Positions 39,385 to 50,328 of a stretch of 64,000 nucleotides of DNA are shown here, piece after piece. Position 1 is the first letter of the stretch; each line of letters begins with the position of its first letter. The translations under genes and the position numbers were made by a program. This stretch comes from Macrostomum lignano (Eukaryota). The notes under the pieces were generated by a model. The model was not told where the DNA came from. It did no database searches and saw only the letters and a list, made by a program, of their open reading frames with translations. The stretch covers positions 62,001 to 126,000 of the forward strand of contig NIVC01000173.1 of NCBI GenBank assembly GCA_002269645.1. Reading direction: 5' to 3'.

Positions 39385-40785
39385 CACAATGAGCTACAGG
39401 GGAATAGGGGGAATGAGCTACAGAGGAATTGGGGGAATGAGCTACAGGTGAATTGGGGGAATGAGCTACAGTGGAATCGGGGGAATGAGCTACAGGTGAA
39501 TTGGGGGAATGAGCTACAGTGGAATCGGGGGAATGAGCTACAGGTGAATTGGGGGAATGAGCTACAGGGGAATTGGGGGAATGAGCTACAGGTGAATTGG
39601 GGGAATGAGCTACAGGGGAATTGGGGGAATGAGCTACAGTGGAATCGGGGGAATGAGCTACAGGTGAATTGGGGGAATGAGCTACAGGGGAATTGGGGGA
39701 ATGAGCTACAGGTGAATTGGGGGAATGAGCTACAGGGGAATTGGGGGAATGAGCTACAGGTGAATCGGGGGAATGAGCTACAGGGAAATTGGGGGAATGA
39801 GCTACAGTGGAATCGGGGGAATGAGCTACAGGGGAATTGGGGGAATGAACTACAGGTGAATTGGGGGAATGAACTACAGGTGAATTGGGGGAATGAGCTA
39901 CAGGTGAATTGGGGGAATGAGCTACGGGGAATTGGGGAATGAGCTACCGGTGAATTGGGGGAGTGAGCTACGGGGAATTGGGGGAATGAGCTACAGGTGA
40001 ATCGGGGGAATGAGCTACAGGTGAATTGGGGGAATGAGCTACAGTGGAATCGGGGGAATGAGCTACAGGGGAATTGGGGGAATGAGCTACAGTGGAATCG
40101 GGGGAATGAGCTACAGGTGAATTGGGGGAATGAGCTACAGGGGAATTGGGGGAATGAGCTACGGGGAATTGGGGGAATGAGCTACAGGGGAATTGGGGAA
40201 TGAGCTACAGGTGAATCGGGGGAATGGGCTACAGGGGAATTGGGGAATGAGCTACCGGTGAATTGGGGGAATGAGCTACGGGGAATTGGGGGAATGAGCT
40301 ACAGGTGAATTGGGGGAATGAGCTACAGTGGAATCGGGGGAATGAGCTACAGGGGAATTGGGGGAATGAGCTACAGTGGAATCGGGGGAATGAGCTACAG
40401 GGGAATTGGGGGAATGAACTACAGGTGAATTGGGGGAATGAGCTACAGGTGAATTGGGGGAATGAGCTACAGGTGAATTGGGGGAATGAGCTACGGGGAA
40501 TTGGGGGAATGAGCTACGGGGAATTGGGGGAATGAGCTACAGGGGAATTGGGAAATGAGCTACAGGTGAATCGGGGGAATGAGCTACAGGGGAATCGGGG
40601 AATGAGCTACCGGTGAATTGGGGGAATGAGCTACGGGGAATTGGGGGAATGAGCTACAGGTGAATCGGGGGAATGAGCTACGGGGAATTGGGGGAATGAG
40701 CTACAGGTGAATTGGGGGAATGAGCTACAGGTGAATTGGGGGAGTGAGCTACGGGGGAATGAGCTACAGGGGAATTCGGGAGAGA
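39385..40785. repeat. 24-bp G-rich minisatellite (GGGGGAATGAGCTACAGGTGAATT)
   Basis: Tandem units visible. Confidence 0.96.
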
Positions 40786-41149
40786 ATTAACTAACGAGAA
40801 AGAATCCGTTTACAGAATCCATGCGTGTAAAATCGCAGGCATTTGTTTTTCATGCACGCTTCAGTTCATCTCTATAACGCTCGGCAGATGAAGTTCGTCA
40901 GTGTCGTGCAAATGTTAATGATGGAGCAGGAAAATGATTTGTATTCATGCAGGCTCGTGGTTTAATCGGTGTACTGCAAAATGTTTGGTTGACAGTTATG
41001 AATGTATTTATTAATGAGGATTACGCAGTCTTTTAGCTAACACGAGTGTCACGAATTTCCAATAAGATTCCGATGTCATCCATAATGCTACGGCATTGGT
41101 CAGCAGCATAGGAACGATGTAAATCTTCTTTTGTGATCTTGCCCTGGCT

Positions 41150-42200
41150 TAAAGACCCAGTGAAATCACGCTTACAGACCCAGTTAAATCAGGCTTAAAG
41201 ACCCAGTGAAATCAGGCTTAAAGACCCAGTGTAATCACGCTTACAGACCCAGTTAAATCAGGCTTAAAGACCCAGTGAAATCAGGCTTAAAGACCCAGTG
41301 TAATCACGCTTACAGACCCAGTTAAATCAGGCTTAAAGACCCAGTGAAATCATGCTTAAAGACCCAGTGTAATCACGCTTACAGACCCAGTTAAATCAGG
41401 CTTAAAGACCCAGTGAAATCAGGCTTAAAGACCCAGTGAAATCACGCTTACAGACCCAGTTAAATCACGCTTAAAGACCCAGTGAAATCACGCTTTAAGA
41501 CCCAGTGTAATCACGCTTACAGACCCAGTTAAATCACGCTTACAGACCCAGTGAAATCAGGCTTAAAGACCCAGTGTAATCACGCTTACAGACCCAGTTA
41601 AATCAGGCTTAAAGACCCAGTGAAATCATGCTTAAAGACCCAGTGTAATCACGCTTACAGACCCAGTTAAATCAGGCTTAAAGACCCAGTGAAATCATGC
41701 TTAAAGACCCAGTGTAATCACGCTTACAGACCCAGTTAAATCAGGCTTAAAGACCCAGTGAAATCAGGCTTAAAGACCCAGTGAAATCACGCTTACAGAC
41801 CCAGTTAAATCACGCTTAAAGACCCAGTGAAATCACGCTTTAAGACCCAGTGTAATCACGCTTACAGACCCAGTTAAATCACGCTTACAGACCCAGTGAA
41901 ATCATGCTTAAAGACCCAGTGAAATCAGGCTTACAGACCCAGTTAAATCACGCTTAAAGACCCAGTGAAATCACGCTTTAAGACCCAGTGTAATCACGCT
42001 TACAGACCCAGTTAAATCACGCTTACAGACCCAGTGAAATCATGCTTAAAGACCCAGTGAAATCAGGCTTACAGACCCAGTGAAATCAGGCTTAAAGACC
42101 CAGTGAAATCAGGCTTAATGACTTGGTGAAATCATGCTTAAAGACCCAGTGAAATCAGGCTTAATGACTTGGTGAAATTGCGCTTAAAGACCTGTAAGTT
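41150..42200. repeat. 23-bp minisatellite (AAAGACCCAGTGAAATCAGGCTT)
   Basis: Tandem units visible. Confidence 0.96.
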
Positions 42201-42254
42201 GGCGCTTAAAAACCCAGCAGAAGCCCGTCGATCAGGTCGATCGATTCTACTTCA

Positions 42255-44122
42255 TCATATGAAGCTCATACATAGATAAAATTGGAGGTAATTATGGAAA
42301 TATGCTAAGGAGAAATTCTCAGAGTAAAAAATCTGTACGGAGCGCATGAATTCCGTATTGTGACAGCTGCTTTGATGAAGAGCCATGCAGCTTCTCAATT
42401 TTCTTCTGGCTAAATAAAACACACCCAAATCCTCTCGATCTGCCATCAGCTCTCTGCAAGGACTCCGGCCCAGAAAAAGAGAGATTTCCTGATGAGGCTC
42501 GAAGTAGAAGCAGAGACCATAAGCTGCGCCTAAAAAGCTATTTGCGATTCAGGCCCGGTCCCCCCTCCCGACCTCTTGGGCCGTGTAATTCTAATGAAGC
42601 CCCGCTGCCCCATCAGTCATTGTTTCCTCTTATCTTAATGCTCTCTCAATGTCTCCTGCGCGCTCTGAGAGCCCCCCGGCTCACCCTTCCTGGGTCTGCA
42701 TCTCCCAACTACTCAATCTGTCTTCCCCACATGTGATGGCCAAGTTTCTGAGAGAAATTCGAACCAGAAGGAATTCTGCAATGCGCCGGTTGGAAATGCT
42801 GCCTAAGTTAATGCATGCCGTCTATTCTCAATGCAACACTAATCCCTCAATCTCATCATTCTAATCTACCAATCTCATAATTCTAATCTCTCTCAATCTA
42901 ATCATTCTAATCCCTCAATCTCATCATTCTAATCTACCAATCTCATCATTCTAATCCCTCAATCTCATCATTCTAATCTACCAATCTCATAATTCTAATC
43001 TCTCTCAATCTCATCATTCTAATCCACCAATCTCATCATTCTAATCTCTCAATCTCATCATTCTAATCCACCAATTTCATCATTCTAATCCCTCAATCTC
43101 ATCATTCTAATCTCCCTAAATCTCATCATTCTAATCCCTCAATTTCATCATTCTAATCTACCAATCTCATCATTCTAATCCCTCAATCTCATCATTCTAA
43201 TCTACCAATCTCATAATTCTAATCTCTCTCAATCTCATCATTCTAATCCACCAATCTCATCATTCTAATCTCTCAATCTCATCATTCTAATCCACCAATT
43301 TCATCATTCTAATCCCTCAATCTCATCATTCTAATCTCCCTAAATCTCATCATTCTAATCCCTCAATTTCATCATTCTAATCTACCAATCTCTACATTCT
43401 AATCTCTCTCAATCTCATCATTTTAATCTCTCAATCTCATCATTTCTAATCTCGAAATCTCATCATTTTAATCCCTCAATCTCATCATGCTAATATCTCA
43501 GTCTAATCAATCTAATCTCTCTATCTAATCAATCTAACCTTTCTAATCTATCAATCTCATCAATCTCATCATTCCAATCTCTCAGTCTAAACAATCTAAT
43601 CTCTCCTATATTCACCAATCGCGATCTTTAATCATTTCAGTCACATTGCTAGCGCTAGCAGTTCACCTCAGCACTGCATGGGCTGCTCAGAGCCAGGAGT
43701 CCTGAATGCCCTGAAGCCATCAGCTCTGGAGAAAACAGCAGCTTCTGTCGAACAAGAAGGAAAGAAATTGGGATCGGGAGAGGAGAATCCCGAATTCCCG
43801 GGCAGTTTTTTATGGTGTCCACAAGCCTCGACTTCTCGACTTCCTCAGCGTCACCTTTGGCTGCATCATCTGCTCTCAGGAGATTAATAATTTTTTCCTT
43901 CATTTCTCCCCGACCCCTGCCTCCGCAGGGCTTCCCTCCGAGAGAGAGAGAGACCGAAGATGAAGGTGATTTACAATTCGCGATGCGACGCGATGAGACT
44001 CCATTTAGTCCTTCATCAGTCTTGAATGCAGCGGTCGATTTCTCACGGGTTTTTCCCCCGATTCTACAAGACGATATTAGATTGGATTTTTTTGTTGTTG
44101 GGAATAAAATGCGGTGGGACAT
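42255..44122 (-). CDS. Possible unknown spliced gene, head-to-head with PAPSS (tentative)
   Basis: Phase-compatible candidate exons 43667-44122 (ATG...GAG|GTGAAC), 42685-42821 (AG|ACG...GG|GTGAGC) and one starting at 42537 (...EGFLGAAYGLCFYFEPHQEISLFLG...). No recognised domain; the 3' end is unresolved and one acceptor is weak. Confidence 0.3.
42838..43620. repeat. ~22-bp minisatellite (TCTCATCATTCTAATCCCTCAA)
   Basis: Tandem units visible. Confidence 0.92.
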
Positions 44123-44494
44123 CCTGTAACGTCACCTTGACACTTTCACCATCCCCAACCAGTCGCGAGGCCTCTGGGAAAGGCTGGGGAAGTTCTCCTC
44201 ATTCAATTCAGCGAATCCCAACACAAGTCCGCACCCCCATCCGCCGGTCCATATATCCCTATATACGCAGCTGACTGCTCACTGGATCCCGTCAGTTTGA
44301 GCAGCCAGGAACCGTCTCCTAACAAAACGGTTGATTATTATTTCACATCTTTCGCCAGTTGTTGACAGTAGCATCGAAATTATTTCTGTAAGTACCTGGC
44401 GTACTTTTATTGAAATCGGCTCTAGAGTGCGATTGAAATGCTTTTTTATATTTTAAGGTTTGCGTCTCAAAAACTCTGGAAAATGAGCGGCAGG

Positions 44495-44965
44495 GAAATT
44501 AGGGGAACTAGGGGAATTTAAGCCCAGGTGAACCAGGAGGATTCAGAGAAACCAGGGGAATTCAGGGAAGCAGGGGAATTCTGGGGAACTAGGGGAATTC
44601 ATGGGAAGCAACGGAATTCAGGAATTCAGGGGAAGCAGGGGAATTCAGGGGAAGCAGGGGAATTTAGGGGAGCCAGGGGAATTCAGGTGAGCCAGGGGAA
44701 TTCAGGGGAAGCAGGGGAATTCATGGGAAGCAGGGGAATTCAGGGGAAGCAGGGGAATTCAGGGGAAGCAGGGGAATTCAGGGGAAGCAGGGGAATTCAG
44801 GGGAAGCAGGGGAATTCAGGGGAGCCAGGGGAATTCAGGGGAAGCAGGGGAATTCAGGGGAAGCAGGGGAATTCAGGGGAAACAGGGGAATTTTGGGGAA
44901 ACAGGGAACCAGGGGAATTCAGGGGTTCCACAGGGGGAACCAGGGGAATTCAGGGGAAGCAGGGG
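44495..44965. repeat. 19-bp G-rich minisatellite (GGGGAATTCAGGGGAAGCA) upstream of the PAPSS coding start
   Basis: Tandem units visible. Probably lies in a 5' UTR intron (donor-like GTAAGT near 44388, acceptor CAG at 45005/45008). Confidence 0.92.
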
Positions 44966-45032
44966 AATCGCCGCCAAAGCGCTTAGAACCCTCTCCCAAC
45001 TGCAGCAGACAGCCAGAAGACCGGACACCAGC

Positions 45033-46927
45033 ATGGCCAGCAACGTGTTTCAGCAGGAGCATTACGTCAGCCGGGACCGCCGAGCCAAAGTCACTGGCGG
45101 CGGGGGCTTCCGCGGCTGCACCGTCTGGCTGACGGGGTTCTCCGGTGCGGGCAAGACCACTATCGCGTTCGGCCTTGAGGAGTATCTGGTGTCAGCCGGG
45201 GTGCCGGCCTACTCGCTCGACGGCGACAATATTCGCACCGGTTTAAACAAAAATCTCGGGTTCTCCCACGCCGACCGCGAGGAGAACATTCGACGAATTA
45301 GCGAGGTGGCGAAGCTCTTCGCTGACGGCGGCATCGTCTGCATCACGGCGTTCATCAGCCCGTTCAGGCAGGACCGCGACAAGGCGCGGCGGCTGCACGA
45401 GGAGGCCGGTTTGAAATTCTACGAGGTTTGTTAAAGTAAACTGGTTTCTTGGAAAATTCCGGATTTTCTACGTTTTCTTTACGAGAGAAATATTTAAACA
45501 GATTCATGCAAAACTATACGCTAGTACACAGGTTTCGCGCAAGTTCAAATTTGATTTCTTAGAAAAAATTTCTATAATATTCTGATTCAGAGGCTTGGAT
45601 TTCAGATGACGTTACGTGTTGCAACGACTTCGGAGACATATCGTCTCCTGGCCATGCAACTGCGCCAATACCTGTACGCAGGCAAGCACTTAAACGAACT
45701 CTCCCACAGTGTACAGCGGCCATTTGACTTTCTAATAGTCTTTGTTTTACTTTTTCTTATGTGTTTTGATGTCAAACTGGGAGCCAATTTTAAATTTAAA
45801 AATTCCCTCGCAGATTTTTGTAGACGCGCCGCTGGAGGTGTGCGAGACTCGCGATGTGAAGGGCCTCTACCGCAAGGCCCGTGAAGGCCTCATCAAGGGC
45901 TTCACAGGCATCGACAGCGCCTACGAGCCACCGATGCGACCGGACCTCACCGTCCAGACCGCAGCTTGCGGAGTCCGTCAGAGCGTCCTGGCCGTTGTTG
46001 ACCTTCTGGATCGGGAAGGCCTTCTGCCTGCTGGGGTGGCCGGCGGAGCTTCCGGGGCAGTTGACGGAGAAATTTGCGAACTGGTGGCGGCTGATGCCGC
46101 TGAACGTCAGGCGATGCTGCAGGAGGCTGAGGGACTTCCGAGCCTGAAACTGGACGAGATCGACCTGCAGTGGGCGCAGGTTGGTTTTTTGCAATTTTCT
46201 TTAAAAGGCCTCAGTAATCCTCAAGAATCCCAAAGATTCCACAAGAATCCTAAAGATTCCCTGAGAATCCAAAAAATTCCCAAAGAATCCTAAAGATTCC
46301 CTGAGAATCCAAAAAATTCCCAAAGAATCCCAAAGATTTCCCACGAATCCTAAAGATTCCCCGAGAATCCAAAAAATTCCTCAAGAATCCCAAAGATTCC
46401 CCAAGAATCTCAAAGATTCACCAAGTAATCCCAACTCCTTTCTCCAGCCTAACAAGGACCCACAAGACGCGGGGCCCAATAACCAGTTTTCCCATTGATC
46501 CTCAGGTGCTCTCCGAAGGCTGGGCGCACCCGCTGACCGGCTTCATGACCGAGCGGCAGTACCTGCAGTGCCTGCACTTCGGCGCGGTGCAAGCCCGAGG
46601 CAGCACGGGCTGGCACAGTCAGAGCGTGCCAATCGTCTTGGCTATCAACGACGCAGAACGCGAGGCATGCGTTGGCCAGTCCAGCGTCGCTCTGCGTCGT
46701 CAGGTTGGCGACGGCAGCGGCGACAGTCAGGTCATTGGGCTGCTCCACTCCGTCGAGGTGTTCGCCCATCAGAAACGCGAGCGCTGCGCTCGAACCTTCG
46801 GCACCGTGTCATCCGGACACCCGAGCGTTGCTCGAATTCTTGCTAGCGGCGACTGGCTCATTGGCGGAGAGTTGAAACTTCTGGAGCACATAAAGTTAGT
46901 TAGTTAGCTAGTTAGATAGTCAGTCGA

Positions 46928-46967
<40 letters not shown>

Positions 46968-46979
46968 ATAGTCAGTCGA

Positions 46980-47035
<56 letters not shown>

Positions 47036-47047
47036 ATAGTCAGTCGA

Positions 47048-47094
<47 letters not shown>

Positions 47095-48417
47095 TTTAGT
47101 TAGTTAGTTAGTTGGTTCGCTAGTTATTTAGTGCGTTATTAGTGTACGCGCACTTTATTAGTGCACGCATACTTTATTAGTGCACGCATACTTTATTAGT
47201 GCCCGATCAATTTCAAAGTGCATGCATACTTTAAAAGTGAAAGCATACTTTAGTGCACGATCAATTTCAAAGTACATGCAAACTTTAAAAGTGCACGTCT
47301 ACTTTAGTGCACGATCAATTTCAAAGTGCATGCATACTTTAAAAGTGCTCGTGTACTTTTAGAACTGCATAAGAGAAACTGTAATCAAACTGTCCTCATG
47401 ATTTATTAGTGCTTGACATTTTTAATCTGTACTATTCGGTGCATGCATCATAAACACATCCGCAGGTGGCACGACGGCCTGGATCACTACCGACTGACTC
47501 CGCGCCAATTACGCGCCAGATTTGCCGAGATGAACGCCGATGCGGTTTTCGCCTTCCAGCTGCGCAACCCGGTGCACAACGGGCACGCCCTGTTGATGGC
47601 CGACACCAGGCGGCGCCTGCTGGAGGAGCGGCGCTACCGCAACCCAGTGCTGCTGCTGCACCCGCTGGGAGGCTGGACAAAACCGGACGATGTGCCGCTG
47701 CCTGTCCGGCTGCGCCAGCATGAGGCTGTGCTGAAGGCTGGCGTGCTGGACCCCGGCAGCACCGTCACCGCGGTGTTTCCAGCGCCGATGCTGTACGCTG
47801 GGCCCACCGAGGTACCGGCACGGCAACTGGGGATCTGGGAGGCTGGCCTAGCAACTGGGGATCTGGGAGGCTGGCCCAGCAACTGAGGATCTGGGAGTCT
47901 GGCCCAGCAACTGAGGATCTGGGAAGCTGGCCCAGCAACTGAGGATCTGGGAGGCTGACCTGCCCACTAAGTCCCTAAGAAATTCCCAGCAGAACCAGAA
48001 TTGCTACAGGCGACTCCCAATCGCCTCCCCAACCCGCAGGTGCAGTGGCACGCCAAGGCCCGCATGAACGCCGGCGCCAATTTCTACATTGTCGGACGCG
48101 ACCCAGCCGGCCTGCCCGACCCGGACAGCCCGGACAAGACGGACCTGTACAACCCGCAGCACGGGGCCCTTGTGCTGGGCATGACCCCTGGTCTTGACAA
48201 ACTCGAAATCGTGCCATTCCGAGTGGCCGCCTACGACCGTTCGATCGGCCGGATGGCATTTTTCGAGCCGTCAAGACGCGACGAGTTCGAATTCATATCG
48301 GGCACAAAAATGCGCGCTCTGGCCAGAGACGGCCGAGACCCTCCGGACGGGTTTATGGCGCCGGACGCCTGGGCGGTGCTGGCCGAATTTTATCGGCAAC
48401 AACAGCAGCAGAAATGA
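45033..48417 (+). CDS. PAPSS: Bifunctional 3'-phosphoadenosine 5'-phosphosulfate synthase (APS kinase + ATP sulfurylase), 5 exons, 623 aa
   Basis: Exons 45033-45425, 45814-46179, 46506-46894, 47466-47811, 48040-48417; phase-consistent, 1872 nt. Motifs: [92 protein letters not shown]. Confidence 0.97.
46210..46440. repeat. Degenerate AAGAATCC/AAGATTCC repeat in PAPSS intron 2
   Basis: Imperfect tandem copies. Confidence 0.85.
46895..47125. repeat. (GTTA)n microsatellite starting at the PAPSS intron 3 donor
   Basis: Directly visible; the donor GTTAGT at 46895 is the first unit. Confidence 0.95.
47820..47970. repeat. 28-bp repeat in PAPSS intron 4, same family as the 3.5-4.1 kb array (inverted)
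   Basis: CAACTGAGGATCTGGGAGGCTG at 47937 is the reverse complement of the core of the 3.5-kb array. Confidence 0.9.
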
Positions 48418-48559
48418 CTCATCAGCCTTTGATTGGAATTCGGTCAATCACTCATTTATTAGGGGCTTGTGAGGTTGAAAAAAGTATTTTTTAGAACTAC
48501 TTAGTGTAAGTAGTATAACATAACATATGTAGCAGTTTGGAAGTTTGATATGTAGGATG

Positions 48560-49165
48560 AGATAATCTTGAGATTTGGAGTGAGATTTTGATGAGGCAAA
48601 TCTTGAGAATTTGGAGTGAGATTTTGATGAGATAAATTGTGAGATTGAAGATGGGATGAGATTTTGATGAGACTAGTTTTGAGATTTGAGCTGAGATTTC
48701 GATGATAAAAGTCGTGAGATTTGAGGTGAGATTTTGATGAGACAATCTGGAGAATTTGAGGTGAGATTTGTGATGAGACAATCTGGAGAATTTGAGGTGA
48801 GATTTGTGATGAGACAATCTGGAGAATTTGAGGTGAGATTTGTGATGAGACAATCTGGAGAATTTGGAGTGAGATTTGTGATGAGACAATCTGGAGAATT
48901 TGAGGTGAGATTTTGATGAGACAATCTGGAGAATTTGGGGTGAGATTTTGATGAGACAATCTGGAGAATTTGAGGTGAGATTTGTGATGAGACAATCTGG
49001 AGAATTTGGAGTGAGATTTGTGATGAGACAATCTGGAGAATTTGAGGTGAGATTTTGATGAGACAATCTGGAGAATTTGGGGTGAGATTTTGATGAGGCA
49101 AGTCTTGAGCGTTAAGGTGAGATTTTGATGATAAGTATCTTGAGAGTTGAGGTAAGATTTTGATG
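48560..49165. repeat. 36-bp minisatellite between PAPSS and SRD5A (GATGAGACAATCTGGAGAATTTGAGGTGAGATTTGT)
   Basis: Tandem units visible. Confidence 0.93.
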
Positions 49166-50035
49166 ATGCAAGTCTTCTAAATTATAAAATGATACTTTGC
49201 CTAAGGCTACGCTAGCTGCGACCTTAGCAAGAGAAAAAATGTGCATTTGACAGCAAAGCAAGCACTCTTATGATGGTTCTTCTCTTACAAGAGCAGCTGA
49301 TAGCCCAGGGCTGGGAAAAGAAGCAGAGTGGATGACTTGTCAACACTTCACTGAACTTCCCATATCATAATCAAACAAGCTGAAACCCAGGTAATGATAT
49401 TAACAAAGAAACAGTTTTGCATGTGAAATCGATTTATTGCTTTGTGGTAGTAACTAGCCATTACTGTTAGTAGCATATAGATAATTTCCATATATTCAAT
49501 AATATTTTTAGAATCAAAGTTATTAATAAGACCTGTCTACCCCATTTAGATTTACCTCTCAACAAAGTTTACAAGATAATCATATTTTATTTAGATTACC
49601 TAACTACACTACTTAGTTCATAGCGACAGTAGAAATGTTAAAATATTTTCCTTTATTGATTAACCAACAACGGAAAACATAAATTCAATCTGTTATTTGT
49701 CAGGTTTTTCTGTGTTGTGACAATACTATAAATAAATAATTTAAACATCATATCAACAAAATTAGTATATTATATTTTAGATATTGCAGTAGTTAAGTTC
49801 AACTACTTCCAGTAGTACGGCTTTATTTTGCTTTATTAAACAGGCTTAAATAAAATTAAGCATGAATAATAATATGAAAAATATGAAAATTGAAACTGAA
49901 ACCAAAAAACTAACTAGCACCGGAAAAAATCTTTCAAAATCTTAATTGACTATCCGAAAGTTATGAATGAAGAATTTAAAAACCTATAAGTTAATCTGAG
50001 CCTACAATGAAGCCATCAGTTCTTCCCGCACTGCA

Positions 50036-50141
50036 TCAGATCAGGTAGGGGAGAATTGCCTTCCGATTCTTGGGGTACTCGTCACCGAACTTCTTCAGGT
50101 ACCACCTGCGGCAGGGGTGGCGGGTGGTTAATGATTGGAAT

Positions 50142-50190
<49 letters not shown>

Positions 50191-50203
50191 AAGACAGTCA
50201 GTC

Positions 50204-50252
<49 letters not shown>

Positions 50253-50259
50253 GTCAGAA

Positions 50260-50328
<69 letters not shown>

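Noticed and set aside
44528-44986. Collagen-like Gly-rich ORF
   Set aside because: Produced by a 19-bp unit (three units = 19 codons); no sustained Gly-X-Y register and no signal peptide.
45742-45813. N-terminal extensions of ORF-track PAPSS, HSD, DYNLRB and GT31 fragments
   Set aside because: They are intronic read-through upstream of the AG acceptors defined by homology.
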